DNA of 64,000 nucleotides from Burkholderiales bacterium (GTDB lineage Bacteria; Pseudomonadota; Gammaproteobacteria; Burkholderiales; Ga0077523): NCBI GenBank assembly GCA_019745565.1, contig JAIESW010000002.1, positions 62,799 to 126,798 of the forward strand, read 5' to 3'. Shown piece by piece: positions 19,616 to 30,853 of this stretch (position 1 is its first letter; each line of letters starts with the position of its first letter). The notes under the pieces were generated by a model. It saw only the letters and a program-made list of their open reading frames with translations, ran no database searches and was not told where the DNA came from. The position numbers and the translations under genes were made by a program.

Positions 19616-22600
19616 CCATGGACACTGCGCGCACCGTGAAATCGCTCGACGCCATACGGACCCCGGTGGCGGCGGCACTGCTCGCCATCGAGCGCGGCCT
19701 GGGCGAGGCCGACGGTGCCGATGCGAGGAGCGCTGCGCTGGGCGCGGTCCGCGACGCAGCAGGCGTCTTCATCATGGCGGCGGAGGGCGACCTGGCGCGC
19801 GAACTCGACGGACTCGCGAACGAGATCGAGCAATCGCAGGATGCCGAGTTCAGCGCGCGTTCGGCGGCGTGGATCGCGACGCTTGCGCGCGCCCGACAAC
19901 GCGTCGAGCATCCCGATGAAGGAGCCGCCGCGGGCGACGACGGCGGATCCGGATCGGTGGCAATGGTGGTGCTCGCGCTGCTCGGGAACGGCACCGACGC
20001 CGATCCGCCGGCGGATCGCGAGCCCTTGCGTATCGCACGGGCCCGCTACGAAAGGGCGTTGCTGCAGGCGTTGAAGGGTTCGATGAGTGCCGAAGGCGCG
20101 ACGGAGATGGTCGCGGCCCTCGAGGAAGTGGAACGGCATTTCGCCGGCTCGCGCGACGGCGCCTTCTGGACTCTGATGACGGCGGCGCTCGATTCGATCC
20201 GGGCCGGCGCACCGGAACTCGACGCATCCGGCAAACGCTTCTGCGGCGCCGTGAATCTGGTGCTGCGTCGCGCCCAGGACGGCGAACCGACCGTCGACGC
20301 GGCGCTGGCCGAAGCCGCGATCGCGATCGTCAGCCGCGGCGCGGGCACGACGCCACGGATCGAACGAGTGCGTGCCGCGGCGGAATCCGCGGGTGCATCC
20401 GACCCCTCGCTGACACCGGAGGCGGTGCAGGCGACGCTCCAGCGCATCGTCGCGGTGAGCGAAGCGGTCGAGCGGTTCGCGGGCGGCGATGCCACGGCGC
20501 CGACCGCCGCCGAGGCCGATCTGTCCGGGATCGAAGCGGCGTGCAATGCCGCGGGCGCGCGACGTCTGGCGCGGTTCGCTGGCGCACTCGCCGGCGCTGT
20601 CCGGTCGTTGCCCAAGCGCGAGACGCCGGTGGCCGACGGAACCGCGCTCGCCGTCGCACTGCAATTGCTGGATCAGGCGGTGAAATCCTCCGGATCCATG
20701 GGACACGAGTTGCAGACAGCCGTGACCGCGATGGGCGATCACCTGACCGCCGTGGCTGGCGGTGCCGATGCCGCCAGGATTCCGGCCGAGGTGAACACAC
20801 GGGCCAGCGGGTTCGATCGCGCGGGCGTGGCCGCAGCCGGCAAGGCGATCCAGAGCGGGCTGTCGGCGGCCGAGACTGCACTCGAAGCCTACTTCCAGGC
20901 ACCAGCGGATGCCGCGGGCCTGGAAAAGCTGCCGGCCGCCTTCGGCGAGATCGCCGGCGCGTTCGCCGTGCTCGGCGCACCCAATGCCGAGCGGACGGCC
21001 CGCGACTGCGCCAGCGCCATAGCCGCGCTCGCGCAGTCGTCCGCCGACCGCGACGCGTTCGATCGCGTCGCGGAGCAGGTCGCGGCGCTCGGTGCTTTCG
21101 CGGAAGTGCTGACCCGCGACGGCAATGCACGGGAGGACGACCACCCTTTTTGCTGTAGCGCGGCGGCCGAACCGGTCGTCGCGCTGACCGGCGACGGTGG
21201 AAACGCAGTCCTGGAAGCCGGCGAGGTCGAGCGGCCGAACGATCCCGACCTCGCCCCCATCTTCCTGGACGAAGCGCGGGAGGTGCTGGCCACGCTCGAG
21301 ACCGTGCTCGCGAACGGCGTCGCGGCGATCGGGGATCGCAATCATGCGGCCGAGGTGCGACGCGGTTTCCACACGCTGAAGGGCAGCAGCCGCATGGTCG
21401 GTCTGGAGCATTTCGCGCGCGCCGCGTGGTGCGTCGAAGAAGTGCTGAACGCCCATCTCGAACACGGGCGCGGCACCGCCGCCGATATCGCGACCCTCGC
21501 CCGCGCCGCACGAGAGCGCTGCGCCGATTGGATCGCTGCCTTCGAAAGTCGCGGCGAGGCGCGCATCGACGCGCAGCTGCTCGAAGCATGGGCGGACAGC
21601 ATCAAGCGCGGCGAACCCATCGATGCGGTGGCGACCCCGGTGCCCGTCGTGCCTCCGGCCGCGGAGCCGGTGCATCAGCTCTCGGCCAATCTCTACGGCA
21701 TCTTCCGCGACGAGGCGACCCGTCATCTCGAGTCTCTGCGAGCCGACGTCGAGCACCTTCGCGCCGACGCGACGCGCCTCGTCACCCAGGAGTTCATGCT
21801 CGCCGGTCATACCCTGGCGAGCGCCTGCGCGACCATGCGCCTGTCCGCGCCGAGCGAGCTCGGTGGCGAACTCGAAGCGCTGCTGATGCATCTCATGCGA
21901 CTGCAAGTAGCCCCCGCTCCCGAGCATCTCGAACTGTTCGACGCCGCGATCCATGCGCTCGAACGCATGGTGGCCGACGGTATCGCGCACCGTGAGCCGG
22001 TCCGCGATCCGGCGCTGTGCGAGGCCCTGGCCGCGAGCCGCAGCCGCCTGGCGGAGCCGCAGCCGATCGCGCACATCGCTACGGCACCCGACGAAGTCAC
22101 TCGCGGCAGCGGCGCCTATCACTGGGCCGCAGGGAGCCGGCGCCGGTTCCGGCCGCGCGACGAGCTCGACACGCAGCTGGTGCCGGTATTCCTCGAGGAA
22201 GCGCAGGATCTGGTGCCACGCATCGGCGCCGGCTTGCGCGAGTGGCGTGCCGCTCCCGAGCAGGAAGCGCTGGCCCAGGCACTGCTGCGCCAGCTCCACA
22301 CGCTGAAGGGCAGCGCCCGCATGGCCGGCGCCATGGGGCTGGGTGAACTCACGCATGCGATGGAGACTCGGGTCGAGCGTGCGATCGCGCAGCAGGGGAC
22401 CAACGGGGAGTGGTTCGACGCGATGGAAGCGAGTTTCGATCGACTGATCCAGCTGGTCGACGAAATCGCAGAAGGGCGACGAGCGACGCCTGAAGATCCT
22501 GCCGGCGCAACACAGTCCGGGGCCGCGGAGTCCACGCGGCCGTTACCGGCGGGCGAAGTCGATCCCGCTGCACGCGCCGCGTTGCGCATCCGGGCCGACG

Positions 22601-24375
22601 TGCTCGACCGCATCGTCAACCAGAGCGGTGAGGTCGGAATCGCGCGCACCCGCGCGGAGTCCGAGGTGCGAGCTCTCAAGGCGCTGCTGCGGGACCTGTC
22701 GGACAACGTGATCCGGTTGCGTTCGCAGCTGCGCGACCTCGAGATCCATGCGGAATCGCAGCTGCAGGCGACGACCCTGCTGGGCAACGTCGCCGATGCT
22801 TCGTTCGATCCGCTCGAATTCGACCGCTATACGCGCTTCCAGGAACTGACCCGCATGATGGCGGAGAGCCTGAGCGACGTGACCGTGGTGCAGCAGTCGC
22901 TCCACAAGAACGCCGACGACGTGTCCGCCGCACTGTCGTCACAGGCGGTGTTGTCGCGCGATCTGCAGCAGGAACTGATGCGTGTGCGCATGGTGCCGTT
23001 CTCGAGCATCGCCGAGCGCATGCACCGTGTCGTCCGCCGCAGCGCGAAGGAACTGGGCAAGCGTGCCAATCTCGATATCGCGGGTTTGCATGCCGAACTC
23101 GACCGTGTCGTGCTGGATCGCATGACCGCACCGCTGGAGCATCTGCTGCGCAACGCGGTGAGCCACGGCCTGGAGGATCCGGTGGAGCGGCACGAGGCCG
23201 GCAAACCCGACTTCGGTACGGTCCGCATCGAGATCCGCCAGGACAACAACGAAATCGTGCTGACTTTGCGCGACGACGGGCGCGGCATCGATGCCGCGCG
23301 GGTTCGAGCGAAGGCGCAGACGACCGGCCTCGCCGGCAATGCCGACGCTCTGTCCGATGCGGAAGCGCTGGAGCTCATCTTCCTGCCCGGGTTCAGCACC
23401 GCCGAGCGGGTCACCGAACTGTCCGGACGCGGTGTCGGTCTGGACGTGGTCCGCACCGAAGTGAAGGCGCTGGGCGGTCGGGTGGCCGTTGCCTCGCAGC
23501 CGGGCAAGGGCACGACGTTCACACTGCATCTGCCGCTCACCTTGTCGGTGACACGTGCACTGCTGGCCCGCGCCGACGGCCGCACCTACGCGCTGCCCAG
23601 CGGCATGGTGGAGCAGGTGCTGCTGCTCGCAAGGCCGGAGGCGGAGGCCGCTCTCGCCAAGGGAACGCTGGCCTGGCGCGGCAGCGAGATGCCAATGCAC
23701 TTCCTGCCGCATGTGTTCGGCGCGCCGAACGCTTCGATGGAGGAGCGCAAGCGCTATCCGGTGGTGATCCTGCGCTCGGGCGCCGAGGCGATGGGCGTGC
23801 TGGTGGACAGCGTCGTCGGCAGCCGCGATATCGTGCTCAAGAGTCTGGGGCCGCAGCTGTCGCGCCTTGCCGGTCTCATCGGCGCCTCGATCCTGCCCGG
23901 CGGCGAGATCGCGCTGTTGATCAATCCCATGCAGGCGCGAGTGCGTCGACCGCAGGCGGAATCCGCCGCGCAAGAGCCGCATCCGACCCGCATGCCCCAC
24001 GCCCACGCCGGTGTGCTGGTGGTGGACGATTCGATCACCGTGCGCCGCGTGACCCATCGCCTGCTGTCGCGACACGGGTACGATGTGGTCATGGCGAAAG
24101 ATGGGGTCGAAGCGCTCGAGCGGCTGCAGGAGTCGCAACCGGCGGTCATGCTGGTCGATATCGAAATGCCGCGCATGGACGGGTTCGAACTGACGCGCCT
24201 GGTGCGTGCGAGCAGCACGCTCAAGGATGTTCCGATCATCATGATCACATCGCGCGCTGCCGAGAAGCATCGGAAGATCGCCGCGGAGCTGGGGGTGAAC
24301 GTGTTCCTCGGGAAGCCGTATTCCGACCAGGAGCTGATCCAGCACATCCGGTTCTTCACCAGAAAGGCCGCCTGA
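19612..24375 (+). CDS. chpA: Hybrid CheA-type histidine kinase with multiple Hpt domains, a CheW-like domain and a C-terminal receiver (ChpA/PilL).
   Basis: Hpt boxes [12 protein letters not shown] and [12 protein letters not shown], and HATPase boxes [19 protein letters not shown] and GRGVGLDVV. The C-terminal REC shows VLVVDDS...[11 protein letters not shown]...ITSR...GKP. A GTGA overlap joins it to pilJ. Confidence 0.9.
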
Positions 24376-24376
24376 G

Positions 24377-25663
24377 GTGAAGACCGGCGCCAGAAAGACC
24401 AACCCCATCGTGCTGATCGTCGATCCGGACGAGGAGCGGCGCATGATCACCATGCAGCTCGTCGCCATCGAATGGCCCGATGCGCACGTGGACGAGTTCG
24501 CGTCGCTCAAGCTGCTCGCGCCCGAGCAGCTGGCGGACCTGCCGAAGTACGATGCGGTCGTGTTCGGCCTGGAGGACGCCGACATGGTGCGCGAGCTGCG
24601 CGCCTTCATGGCGCTGCCGTTCTGTCCGGGCGTCGTGGCCATGGCGCGGCTCGACCCGCTGCTGCATCAGGCGATGACCCTCGGGGCCGCCGTGTGCGTG
24701 CACGAACAGGATCTCACCAAGGCGACGGTGGGCAGCACCATCCGGGCGGCCATGGAGGAAACCGAACGCATTCGCCGTCAGTTCGAGAAGACCATGCCCA
24801 TCGGCGGCACGACGAAGCGCAGCGAGAAGCGCTCGCCGCGCAGCGGGCCGCGCGACAGTGATACCGCGGTGGCGAGCATCAGCGGCTACAAGATCATCGA
24901 GCAGATCGGCGAGGGCGGCATGTCGCGCGTCTACCTCGCGGACGACACGCGCCACAACCGCCGTCTGGTGCTGAAGGTCTTCGATCCGCGCGCCTCGCGC
25001 GATGAGCGCGAGCTGGTGCTGTTCCTCAAGGAAACCGCGATCATCTCCGAGCTCGACACGCCGTTCGTCGTCCGCATCTACGACCACGGTGTGACCGATC
25101 ACCACGCGTTCATCGCGATGGAATACCTGCCCGGCGGTGATCTCAAGGAGCGCATCCGCGCCGGCATCGGGCGCGATCGCGCGCTCGCGATTCTGAGCCA
25201 GATGTGCCAGGCGCTCGACGCGGTGCATCGCGCCGGCATCGTGCATCGCGATCTCAAGCCGCAGAACGTGATGTTCCGCACCGGCGAGCGGCTGGTGCTG
25301 GTGGACTTCGGCATCTCCAAGCTGCACGGCAGCACGACCATCATCCAGGGCAACTCGCTGGGAACCCCGGCTTACTTCAGTCCGGAACAGGTGATGGCGC
25401 GCTCCATCGACCAGCGCAGCGATCTGTACAGTGCCGGGGCCATCTTCTACGAGATGCTTACCGGACGCCGGCCGTTCTATGCCTCGGAGATGACGGAACT
25501 GCTGCGCATGCACCTGGAGGAACCGCCGCCGCCGCTGGCCGGTCCGGTCGCGGAATTCCAGGATATCGTCGACCGGCTGATGGCGAAGGACCCCGACCAG
25601 CGCTTTCAGACCGCCGCCGAGGTGCTGGCGCAGCTTAAGCGCCGCTGGCCGAACGCGGCGTAG
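24377..25663 (+). CDS. Hanks-type Ser/Thr protein kinase with an N-terminal degenerate (pseudo-)receiver domain.
   Basis: Kinase motifs GEGGMSRVY, VLKVF, HRDLKPQNVMF, DFGISK and GTPAYFSPEQ. The N-terminal ~130 aa has a receiver-like alternation (IVLIVDPDEE...AVVFGLED) but lacks the acceptor Asp by my eye alignment. It starts 1 nt after the chpA stop. Confidence 0.85.
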   Translation: MKTGARKTNPIVLIVDPDEERRMITMQLVAIEWPDAHVDEFASLKLLAPEQLADLPKYDAVVFGLEDADMVRELRAFMALPFCPGVVAMARLDPLLHQAMTLGAAVCVHEQDLTKATVGSTIRAAMEETERIRRQFEKTMPIGGTTKRSEKRSPRSGPRDSDTAVASISGYKIIEQIGEGGMSRVYLADDTRHNRRLVLKVFDPRASRDERELVLFLKETAIISELDTPFVVRIYDHGVTDHHAFIAMEYLPGGDLKERIRAGIGRDRALAILSQMCQALDAVHRAGIVHRDLKPQNVMFRTGERLVLVDFGISKLHGSTTIIQGNSLGTPAYFSPEQVMARSIDQRSDLYSAGAIFYEMLTGRRPFYASEMTELLRMHLEEPPPPLAGPVAEFQDIVDRLMAKDPDQRFQTAAEVLAQLKRRWPNAA

Positions 25664-25674
25664 CTCGTCCGCCG

Positions 25675-26199
25675 CTACTGGCGGAACGACTCCGGCAGCA
25701 GCGCGAGGTCGACCACCCGGTACGCCGGCAGCCAGCGCTGCCGAAAGGCGTCCGAGTGATGCACGGCCGGCCACTTCTCCGCCGCCCGTGCGTTCACGTA
25801 CCGCTCCACGTCGGCGCGGGCAAATGCGATGCCGCCGGCGTCGGCCAGATCGCCGAGGCACCCGCAGAACTTCGCCAGTTTGTCGGTGGCGGGCGTCCAG
25901 CTGCGCGCCGTTTCGGCGAACGCATCGGCCAGAACGTCCGGATCGAGTCCTCGCGCGACGAAGGTGCGCAAGTGGATGCGGGCGAGCCGGCCATCGGGGG
26001 AGATCGGATCGGCCAGCGGTTCCTCCGGTCCGTCGGGGAGCGCACCGATCTCCGAGGCGAGGCGGGCGCGGGCAGCCGCACCATCGACCGCATGCGCCGG
26101 ACCCAGCGCCGCCTGGTGCAGGAGCTTGTAGATGTCCTCGACGCCGAGGCCCGGATAGCGCGCGGCATGTGCGCCGAGCAGTTGTCCGACGAATTTCAC
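25675..26199 (-). CDS. Hypothetical protein (174 aa), no motif recognised.
   Basis: It has a balanced composition, unlike the Arg/Pro-rich ORFs overlapping it in other frames. It is convergent with the kinase gene. Confidence 0.5.
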   Translation of the reverse strand: MKFVGQLLGAHAARYPGLGVEDIYKLLHQAALGPAHAVDGAAARARLASEIGALPDGPEEPLADPISPDGRLARIHLRTFVARGLDPDVLADAFAETARSWTPATDKLAKFCGCLGDLADAGGIAFARADVERYVNARAAEKWPAVHHSDAFRQRWLPAYRVVDLALLPESFRQ

Positions 26200-26401
26200 G
26201 GACGGATCCTCCTGGTGATTCGTTGCTGCGGTGAGTGGGTGCTTCCTGCACGGGTGCGAAGGGCAGTCCGGCTCAAGTGCACACCGGAATCATTTCAGGC
26301 GCACGGTCCGGTGTCGATAACCAGAAGCAAGTGATCAGAGTCCGACGATTGCCCGGATGTTCCGGGCCGCCAACTCGCGATTGGACCAAGGAGATTCCGT
26401 A

Positions 26402-28036
26402 ATGCTCGTCAATTTCACCATCGGCACCCGGCTGCAGGTGCTCGTCGTCGCCCTGTCCCTGTTTCTCGTCGGCGTGGGCATCTCCGGCCTCCTGGGCATG
26501 TCGTCCATGAAGGAACGGCTGCGATCGGTCTACGAGGATCGCACCGTGGCGCTGGAGGACCTGCACGAGGTGACCGAGTCCGCCTATCGCTCGCGCGGGC
26601 GCATCGACGCCGCCCTCATGGAAGGGGCCGACGAGTCGGCGATCCGCGATCTCGCCAAGGTCGACGGCTACCTGGCCGCCATGCGCAAGGCGTGGGATGC
26701 CTATATGTCGACCGGCAGCACCGACGAGGAGAAGGCCCTCCAGGTCGAGGTCGCACGGGCGATGGACGTATACGTGGACGCGGCCAGGAAAGTGACTGCG
26801 GCTCTGCAGACGCAGTCCCGGGCCAGCGCCATCGCCGCGTATCACTCGAGCGACTATGTGCGCAAGATGTACGAGTTCCGCGACCTGAGAACCAAGCTCG
26901 TGGGTCTGCAGGTGCGCGTGGCCGACGAGGACTACAAGGCCGCCGGCATCGAATTCCGGCACCTGCAGGTGCTCGCCATCGGCGCCATCGTATGCGGGGT
27001 GCTGTTGAACGCCGGCATCGCGTGGCTCATCATCCGCTCGATCACGCTGCCGCTGCGTCGGGCCGTCGGGGTGTCCGACCGGATCGCCCAGGGCGACCTG
27101 TCGGAGAGCATCGAGGCGCATGGTCGCGATGAGGCAGCCCAGCTCCTCAAGGGCCTCGCCCGCATGCAGGACGCACTGCGCACGCTGGTGAAGGGAATCC
27201 AGACGAGTTCAGAGCGGCTGTCCGCTGCAGCCGCGGAGCTCGCCGCGGCGTCGAACCAGGTGTCCGAATCGTCCAGTTCGCAGAGCGAATCGGCCGCTTC
27301 CATGGCCGCCTCGGTCGAGGAGATGACCGTGAGCATCAACCACATCTCCGAGCGTGCCCGTGAGACCCAGGAGGTTTCCACCGAAACCGGACGCCTCTCG
27401 CGCGAAGGTGCCGGCGTGGTGCGGCGTTCGGCGGACGAGATGGAGCGGATCGCCGAGACCGTCAACCATTCGGCGCAGAGCGTCCGCAAGCTGGGCGAGA
27501 CGTCCAAGCAGATCGCCGAGATCGTCAACGTGATCCGTGACATCGCCGATCAGACCAACCTGCTGGCGCTCAACGCGGCTATCGAGGCGGCACGCGCCGG
27601 TGAGCAGGGGCGCGGGTTCGCCGTGGTGGCGGATGAAGTCCGCAAGCTGTCGGAGAAGACCTCCGGCTCCACGACCGAGATCGTGGCGATGGTGCAGGCG
27701 ATCGCGGAAGGGACTCAGGATGCCGTAACGTCCATGGAGCGAGGCGTGGTCCAGGTCGAGGAAGGCGTTGCACTCGCGCGCGAAGCCGGCCACTCCATCG
27801 TCGGCATCGAAGGCGGGTCGGAGAAACTCCTGGCTGCGGTCAGCGACATCTCCGACGCGCTCAAGGAACAGAGCCAGGCGAGTAACGAGATCGCGCGCCA
27901 CGTGGAGCGCATCGCCCAGATGACCGAGGAGAACAGCCTGGCGATCCGTCAGACGACCTCCGCATCCCAGAGCCTCGAGGAACTGGCGCGCTCGCTGCAG
28001 CGCGACGTATCGCAGTTCCGCGTCGCCGCGGCGTAG
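26402..28036 (+). CDS. Methyl-accepting chemotaxis protein (four-helix-bundle sensor, HAMP, MA domain).
   Basis: [38 protein letters not shown]. An AAGGAGA RBS lies before the ATG at 26402. The N-terminal TM segment is [19 protein letters not shown]. Confidence 0.9.
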   Translation: MLVNFTIGTRLQVLVVALSLFLVGVGISGLLGMSSMKERLRSVYEDRTVALEDLHEVTESAYRSRGRIDAALMEGADESAIRDLAKVDGYLAAMRKAWDAYMSTGSTDEEKALQVEVARAMDVYVDAARKVTAALQTQSRASAIAAYHSSDYVRKMYEFRDLRTKLVGLQVRVADEDYKAAGIEFRHLQVLAIGAIVCGVLLNAGIAWLIIRSITLPLRRAVGVSDRIAQGDLSESIEAHGRDEAAQLLKGLARMQDALRTLVKGIQTSSERLSAAAAELAAASNQVSESSSSQSESAASMAASVEEMTVSINHISERARETQEVSTETGRLSREGAGVVRRSADEMERIAETVNHSAQSVRKLGETSKQIAEIVNVIRDIADQTNLLALNAAIEAARAGEQGRGFAVVADEVRKLSEKTSGSTTEIVAMVQAIAEGTQDAVTSMERGVVQVEEGVALAREAGHSIVGIEGGSEKLLAAVSDISDALKEQSQASNEIARHVERIAQMTEENSLAIRQTTSASQSLEELARSLQRDVSQFRVAAA

Positions 28037-28142
28037 ACCTCACGTTCCCGTAGGCGCAGGCCGGCGTCGGTGCCGGCCTGCGATGCAGTCCCGGCGTCGG
28101 GCGGTTCCACAACGACGCCTTCGTCGCATACAGTGTCGGGTC

Positions 28143-29324
28143 ATGCACCCCGCGACGACGCCGGCAAACCTCGATCCCCGGAACGACCCCGTGCCCGCGC
28201 TGATCGCGCTGGGCTTCGCCTATTTCATCCTCGGGACCGGTTCGCTCGCCGTCGTCGGTCTGGTGCAGCCGATGGCCGCGTCGCTCGGCGTCACCCCGGC
28301 CGCGGTCGCCAACCTTGTCACCGCATTCGCACTCGCATTCGCCGTCACGGCACCGCTCGCTCAGGTTCTGTTCGGGCGCTATCCGCGCCGGTCCCTGCTG
28401 CTGACGGGCCTCTCCATCATGAGCCTGGCGGCGCTGGCCGGAGCGCTCGCCACGAGCTATTGGGTGCTGCTGGTGTCGCGTATCGCGGCGGGGATGGGCG
28501 CGGCCATGGTCGGTCCCATGGCCTCGGCCATCGGTGCCGGACTCGTGCCGCCGGAGCGCCAGGGGCGGGCTCTCGCCATCGTCTTCGGCGGCATGACGCT
28601 TGCCGTGGTGCTGGCCGTGCCCATGGCCGCGTGGCTCGGTGTGCTGATCGGATGGCGTGCGGTGCTGGTGCTCCTCGTGGTGCTCGGCGCAGTAGCTGCA
28701 GGCGGCGTGCTCTGGAAGGTGCACGATCGCAGTCGAGGAGTGCCGGTGGACTTGCGCGCCCTGTTCGGCGTCGTGGTGCACCGGCAGGCCGGGTTCAGCA
28801 TCGCGACGACGCTGCTGCAGATGGCCGCCATGTTCGCCACGTATGCGCTGATCACACCCTATCTGTCGGAGCGCATGGCAGTTGGTTCGGGCGGTATGGT
28901 GGCGGTGCTCCTGTCCTACGGGGTCGGCGGCATCGCCGGCAATCTGCTCGCGGGCGGCCTCACCGATCGGCTGGGTGCGGATCGCACCGTGCTCGCGAGC
29001 CTTGCCGTGCTGGCTGCTACGTTCGTGGCGCTGTGGGTGCTGCCGGCCTCGCTGGTGCTGGCGCTGCCCCTCTTCGTGATCTGGTCCACCGCCGGCACGC
29101 TGTTCCAGGCACCGCAGCAGAAGCGGCTCGTGGATATCGATCCGTCGCGTCGCAGCCTGCTGCTCGCGACGAACGCCTCCGCGTTGTACCTCGGGATGTC
29201 GCTCGGCGCTTTTCTCGCCGGAGTCGTACACCACTCGGCCGGATCTGCGGCATTGCCGGTCGCCTCGCTCATCCTGATGGCGCTCGCCATCGCATCCTTC
29301 CTGTCGTCGAGGACTCGTTCGTGA
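28143..29324 (+). CDS. MFS transporter.
   Basis: About 12 hydrophobic segments and an MFS-like loop GRYPRRSLLLTGL. The start is uncertain; 28083 is the alternative. Confidence 0.75.
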   Translation: MHPATTPANLDPRNDPVPALIALGFAYFILGTGSLAVVGLVQPMAASLGVTPAAVANLVTAFALAFAVTAPLAQVLFGRYPRRSLLLTGLSIMSLAALAGALATSYWVLLVSRIAAGMGAAMVGPMASAIGAGLVPPERQGRALAIVFGGMTLAVVLAVPMAAWLGVLIGWRAVLVLLVVLGAVAAGGVLWKVHDRSRGVPVDLRALFGVVVHRQAGFSIATTLLQMAAMFATYALITPYLSERMAVGSGGMVAVLLSYGVGGIAGNLLAGGLTDRLGADRTVLASLAVLAATFVALWVLPASLVLALPLFVIWSTAGTLFQAPQQKRLVDIDPSRRSLLLATNASALYLGMSLGAFLAGVVHHSAGSAALPVASLILMALAIASFLSSRTRS

Positions 29325-30853
29325 ATCTCGCTCATCTGCTGCGGCGTGCCGCGCAAGTCTCGCCCGAAGGCTGGGCCGTGGCCCAGGGTCACGACAACCT
29401 CTGGCGCTTCGGTGCCGTCGCGGCACGCGTCGCGGCCCTCGCCCATCGCCTGCGGAACGATTTCGGGCTCGGCCACGGCGACCGGGTGGCGCTCGCGATG
29501 CGCAACAGCCCGCAGTACTTCGAGCTCCTGTTCGCGGCATGGCATGCGGGCCTCACGGCCGTGCCGATCAACGCGAAGCTGCATCCGAAGGAATTCGAAT
29601 ACATCCTCGGCCACTCCGAAGCTAAGCTCTGCTTCGTGAGCGCCGAGCTCGCGGATGGCGTCGCCGGCGTGGCTGGGCCGGGCCTCACTCTCGTGAGCGT
29701 GGACGAGCCCGGCTACGAGAAACTCGCGGCAGGTGACTCTCTCGCGGTCGCGGACTGCGATCCCGACGACGTCGCCTGGCTGTTCTACACGAGCGGCACC
29801 ACCGGCCGACCGAAGGGCGCGATGCTCACGCACCGCAACCTGCTCACCATGACCATGGGCTTCTTCACCGACGTGGACTCCATCGAAGCCGCCGACTGCG
29901 TGCTGCACGCGGCGCCCATGTCCCACGGTTCAGGACAGTACATCCTGCCGCACGTGGCGGCGATGGCGAAGCAGGTGATCCCCGCGAGCGGTGGCTTCGA
30001 TGCCCCGGAGATGTTCGACCTGATGCGCACGCACCACGGCATGTGCGTGTTTGCCGCGCCCACGATGGTCCGGCGCCTGATCGAGCACCCCGTCGCCCGG
30101 ACCGCGGACTCGAGGGGGCTCAAGACCATCGTCTACGGTGGGGGGCCCATGTACGTCGCCGATCTCAAGCGCGCCATGGAAGTGCTCGGGCCCAAGCTCG
30201 CCCAGATCTACGGCCAGGGGGAAAGTCCCATGACCATCACGGCGATGACCAAGGCGCGGCATCGCGATACGGCGCATCCGCGCCATAAACAGCGGCTCGC
30301 ATCGGTCGGGGTGGCGCAAGCCGCCGTGGAGGTGCGCGTCGGCGGCAGCGAGGACGAAACGCTGGCAGCAGGCGAACCGGGCGAGGTGCTGGTGCGCGGC
30401 GCGACCGTGATGCGCGGCTACTGGCGCGATCCGGAGGCGACCGCGAAGGCGTTGCGCGGCGGCTGGCTGCACACGGGCGACGTCGGGACCATGGATGCCG
30501 ACGGCTTCCTCACGCTCATGGATCGCAGCAAGGATCTCATCATCAGCGGCGGATCGAACATCTATCCGCGCGAAGTGGAGGAAGTGCTGCTGCGGCATCC
30601 GGAGGTCGCCGAAGTGTCGGTGATCGGTGCGCCCCATCCGGACTGGGGCGAGGAGGTGGTGGCCTACGTGGTGGGGCGCACCTCGGGTGGCGTGACGGCG
30701 GAGTCGCTCGACGCGCTGTGCCTCGATTACATCGCGCGTTTCAAGCGGCCGAAGCGCTACGAGTTCGTCGAGGCGCTGCCCAAGAACAACTACGGCAAGG
30801 TGCTGAAGACGGAACTGCGCAAGCTCGAGGCGGCGCGCAAGACGCAACGCTAG
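29321..30853 (+). CDS. AMP-dependent acyl-CoA synthetase/ligase.
   Basis: AMP-binding motif LFYTSGTTGRPKGAMLTHRN, followed by YGQGESP, GWLHTGDVG and SGGSNIYPREVE. A GTGA overlap joins it to the MFS gene. Confidence 0.9.
   Translation: MNLAHLLRRAAQVSPEGWAVAQGHDNLWRFGAVAARVAALAHRLRNDFGLGHGDRVALAMRNSPQYFELLFAAWHAGLTAVPINAKLHPKEFEYILGHSEAKLCFVSAELADGVAGVAGPGLTLVSVDEPGYEKLAAGDSLAVADCDPDDVAWLFYTSGTTGRPKGAMLTHRNLLTMTMGFFTDVDSIEAADCVLHAAPMSHGSGQYILPHVAAMAKQVIPASGGFDAPEMFDLMRTHHGMCVFAAPTMVRRLIEHPVARTADSRGLKTIVYGGGPMYVADLKRAMEVLGPKLAQIYGQGESPMTITAMTKARHRDTAHPRHKQRLASVGVAQAAVEVRVGGSEDETLAAGEPGEVLVRGATVMRGYWRDPEATAKALRGGWLHTGDVGTMDADGFLTLMDRSKDLIISGGSNIYPREVEEVLLRHPEVAEVSVIGAPHPDWGEEVVAYVVGRTSGGVTAESLDALCLDYIARFKRPKRYEFVEALPKNNYGKVLKTELRKLEAARKTQR

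Noticed and set aside
18658-22356. 1232-aa ORF on the minus strand.
   Set aside because: It is antisense to pilJ and chpA, which carry unambiguous MCP and CheA motifs. Its composition is low-complexity and Arg/Ala/Gly-rich.
24356-26251. 631-aa minus-strand ORF.
   Set aside because: It is antisense to the Ser/Thr kinase gene and out of frame with the 174-aa ORF. Its sequence is Arg/Gly/Pro-rich junk.
27861-29540. 559-aa minus-strand ORF and the 927-aa plus-strand ORF 28070-30853.
   Set aside because: The first is antisense to the MFS gene. The second is an artefactual upstream extension of the acyl-CoA ligase frame through the MFS gene, and the real start is the GTG at 29321.
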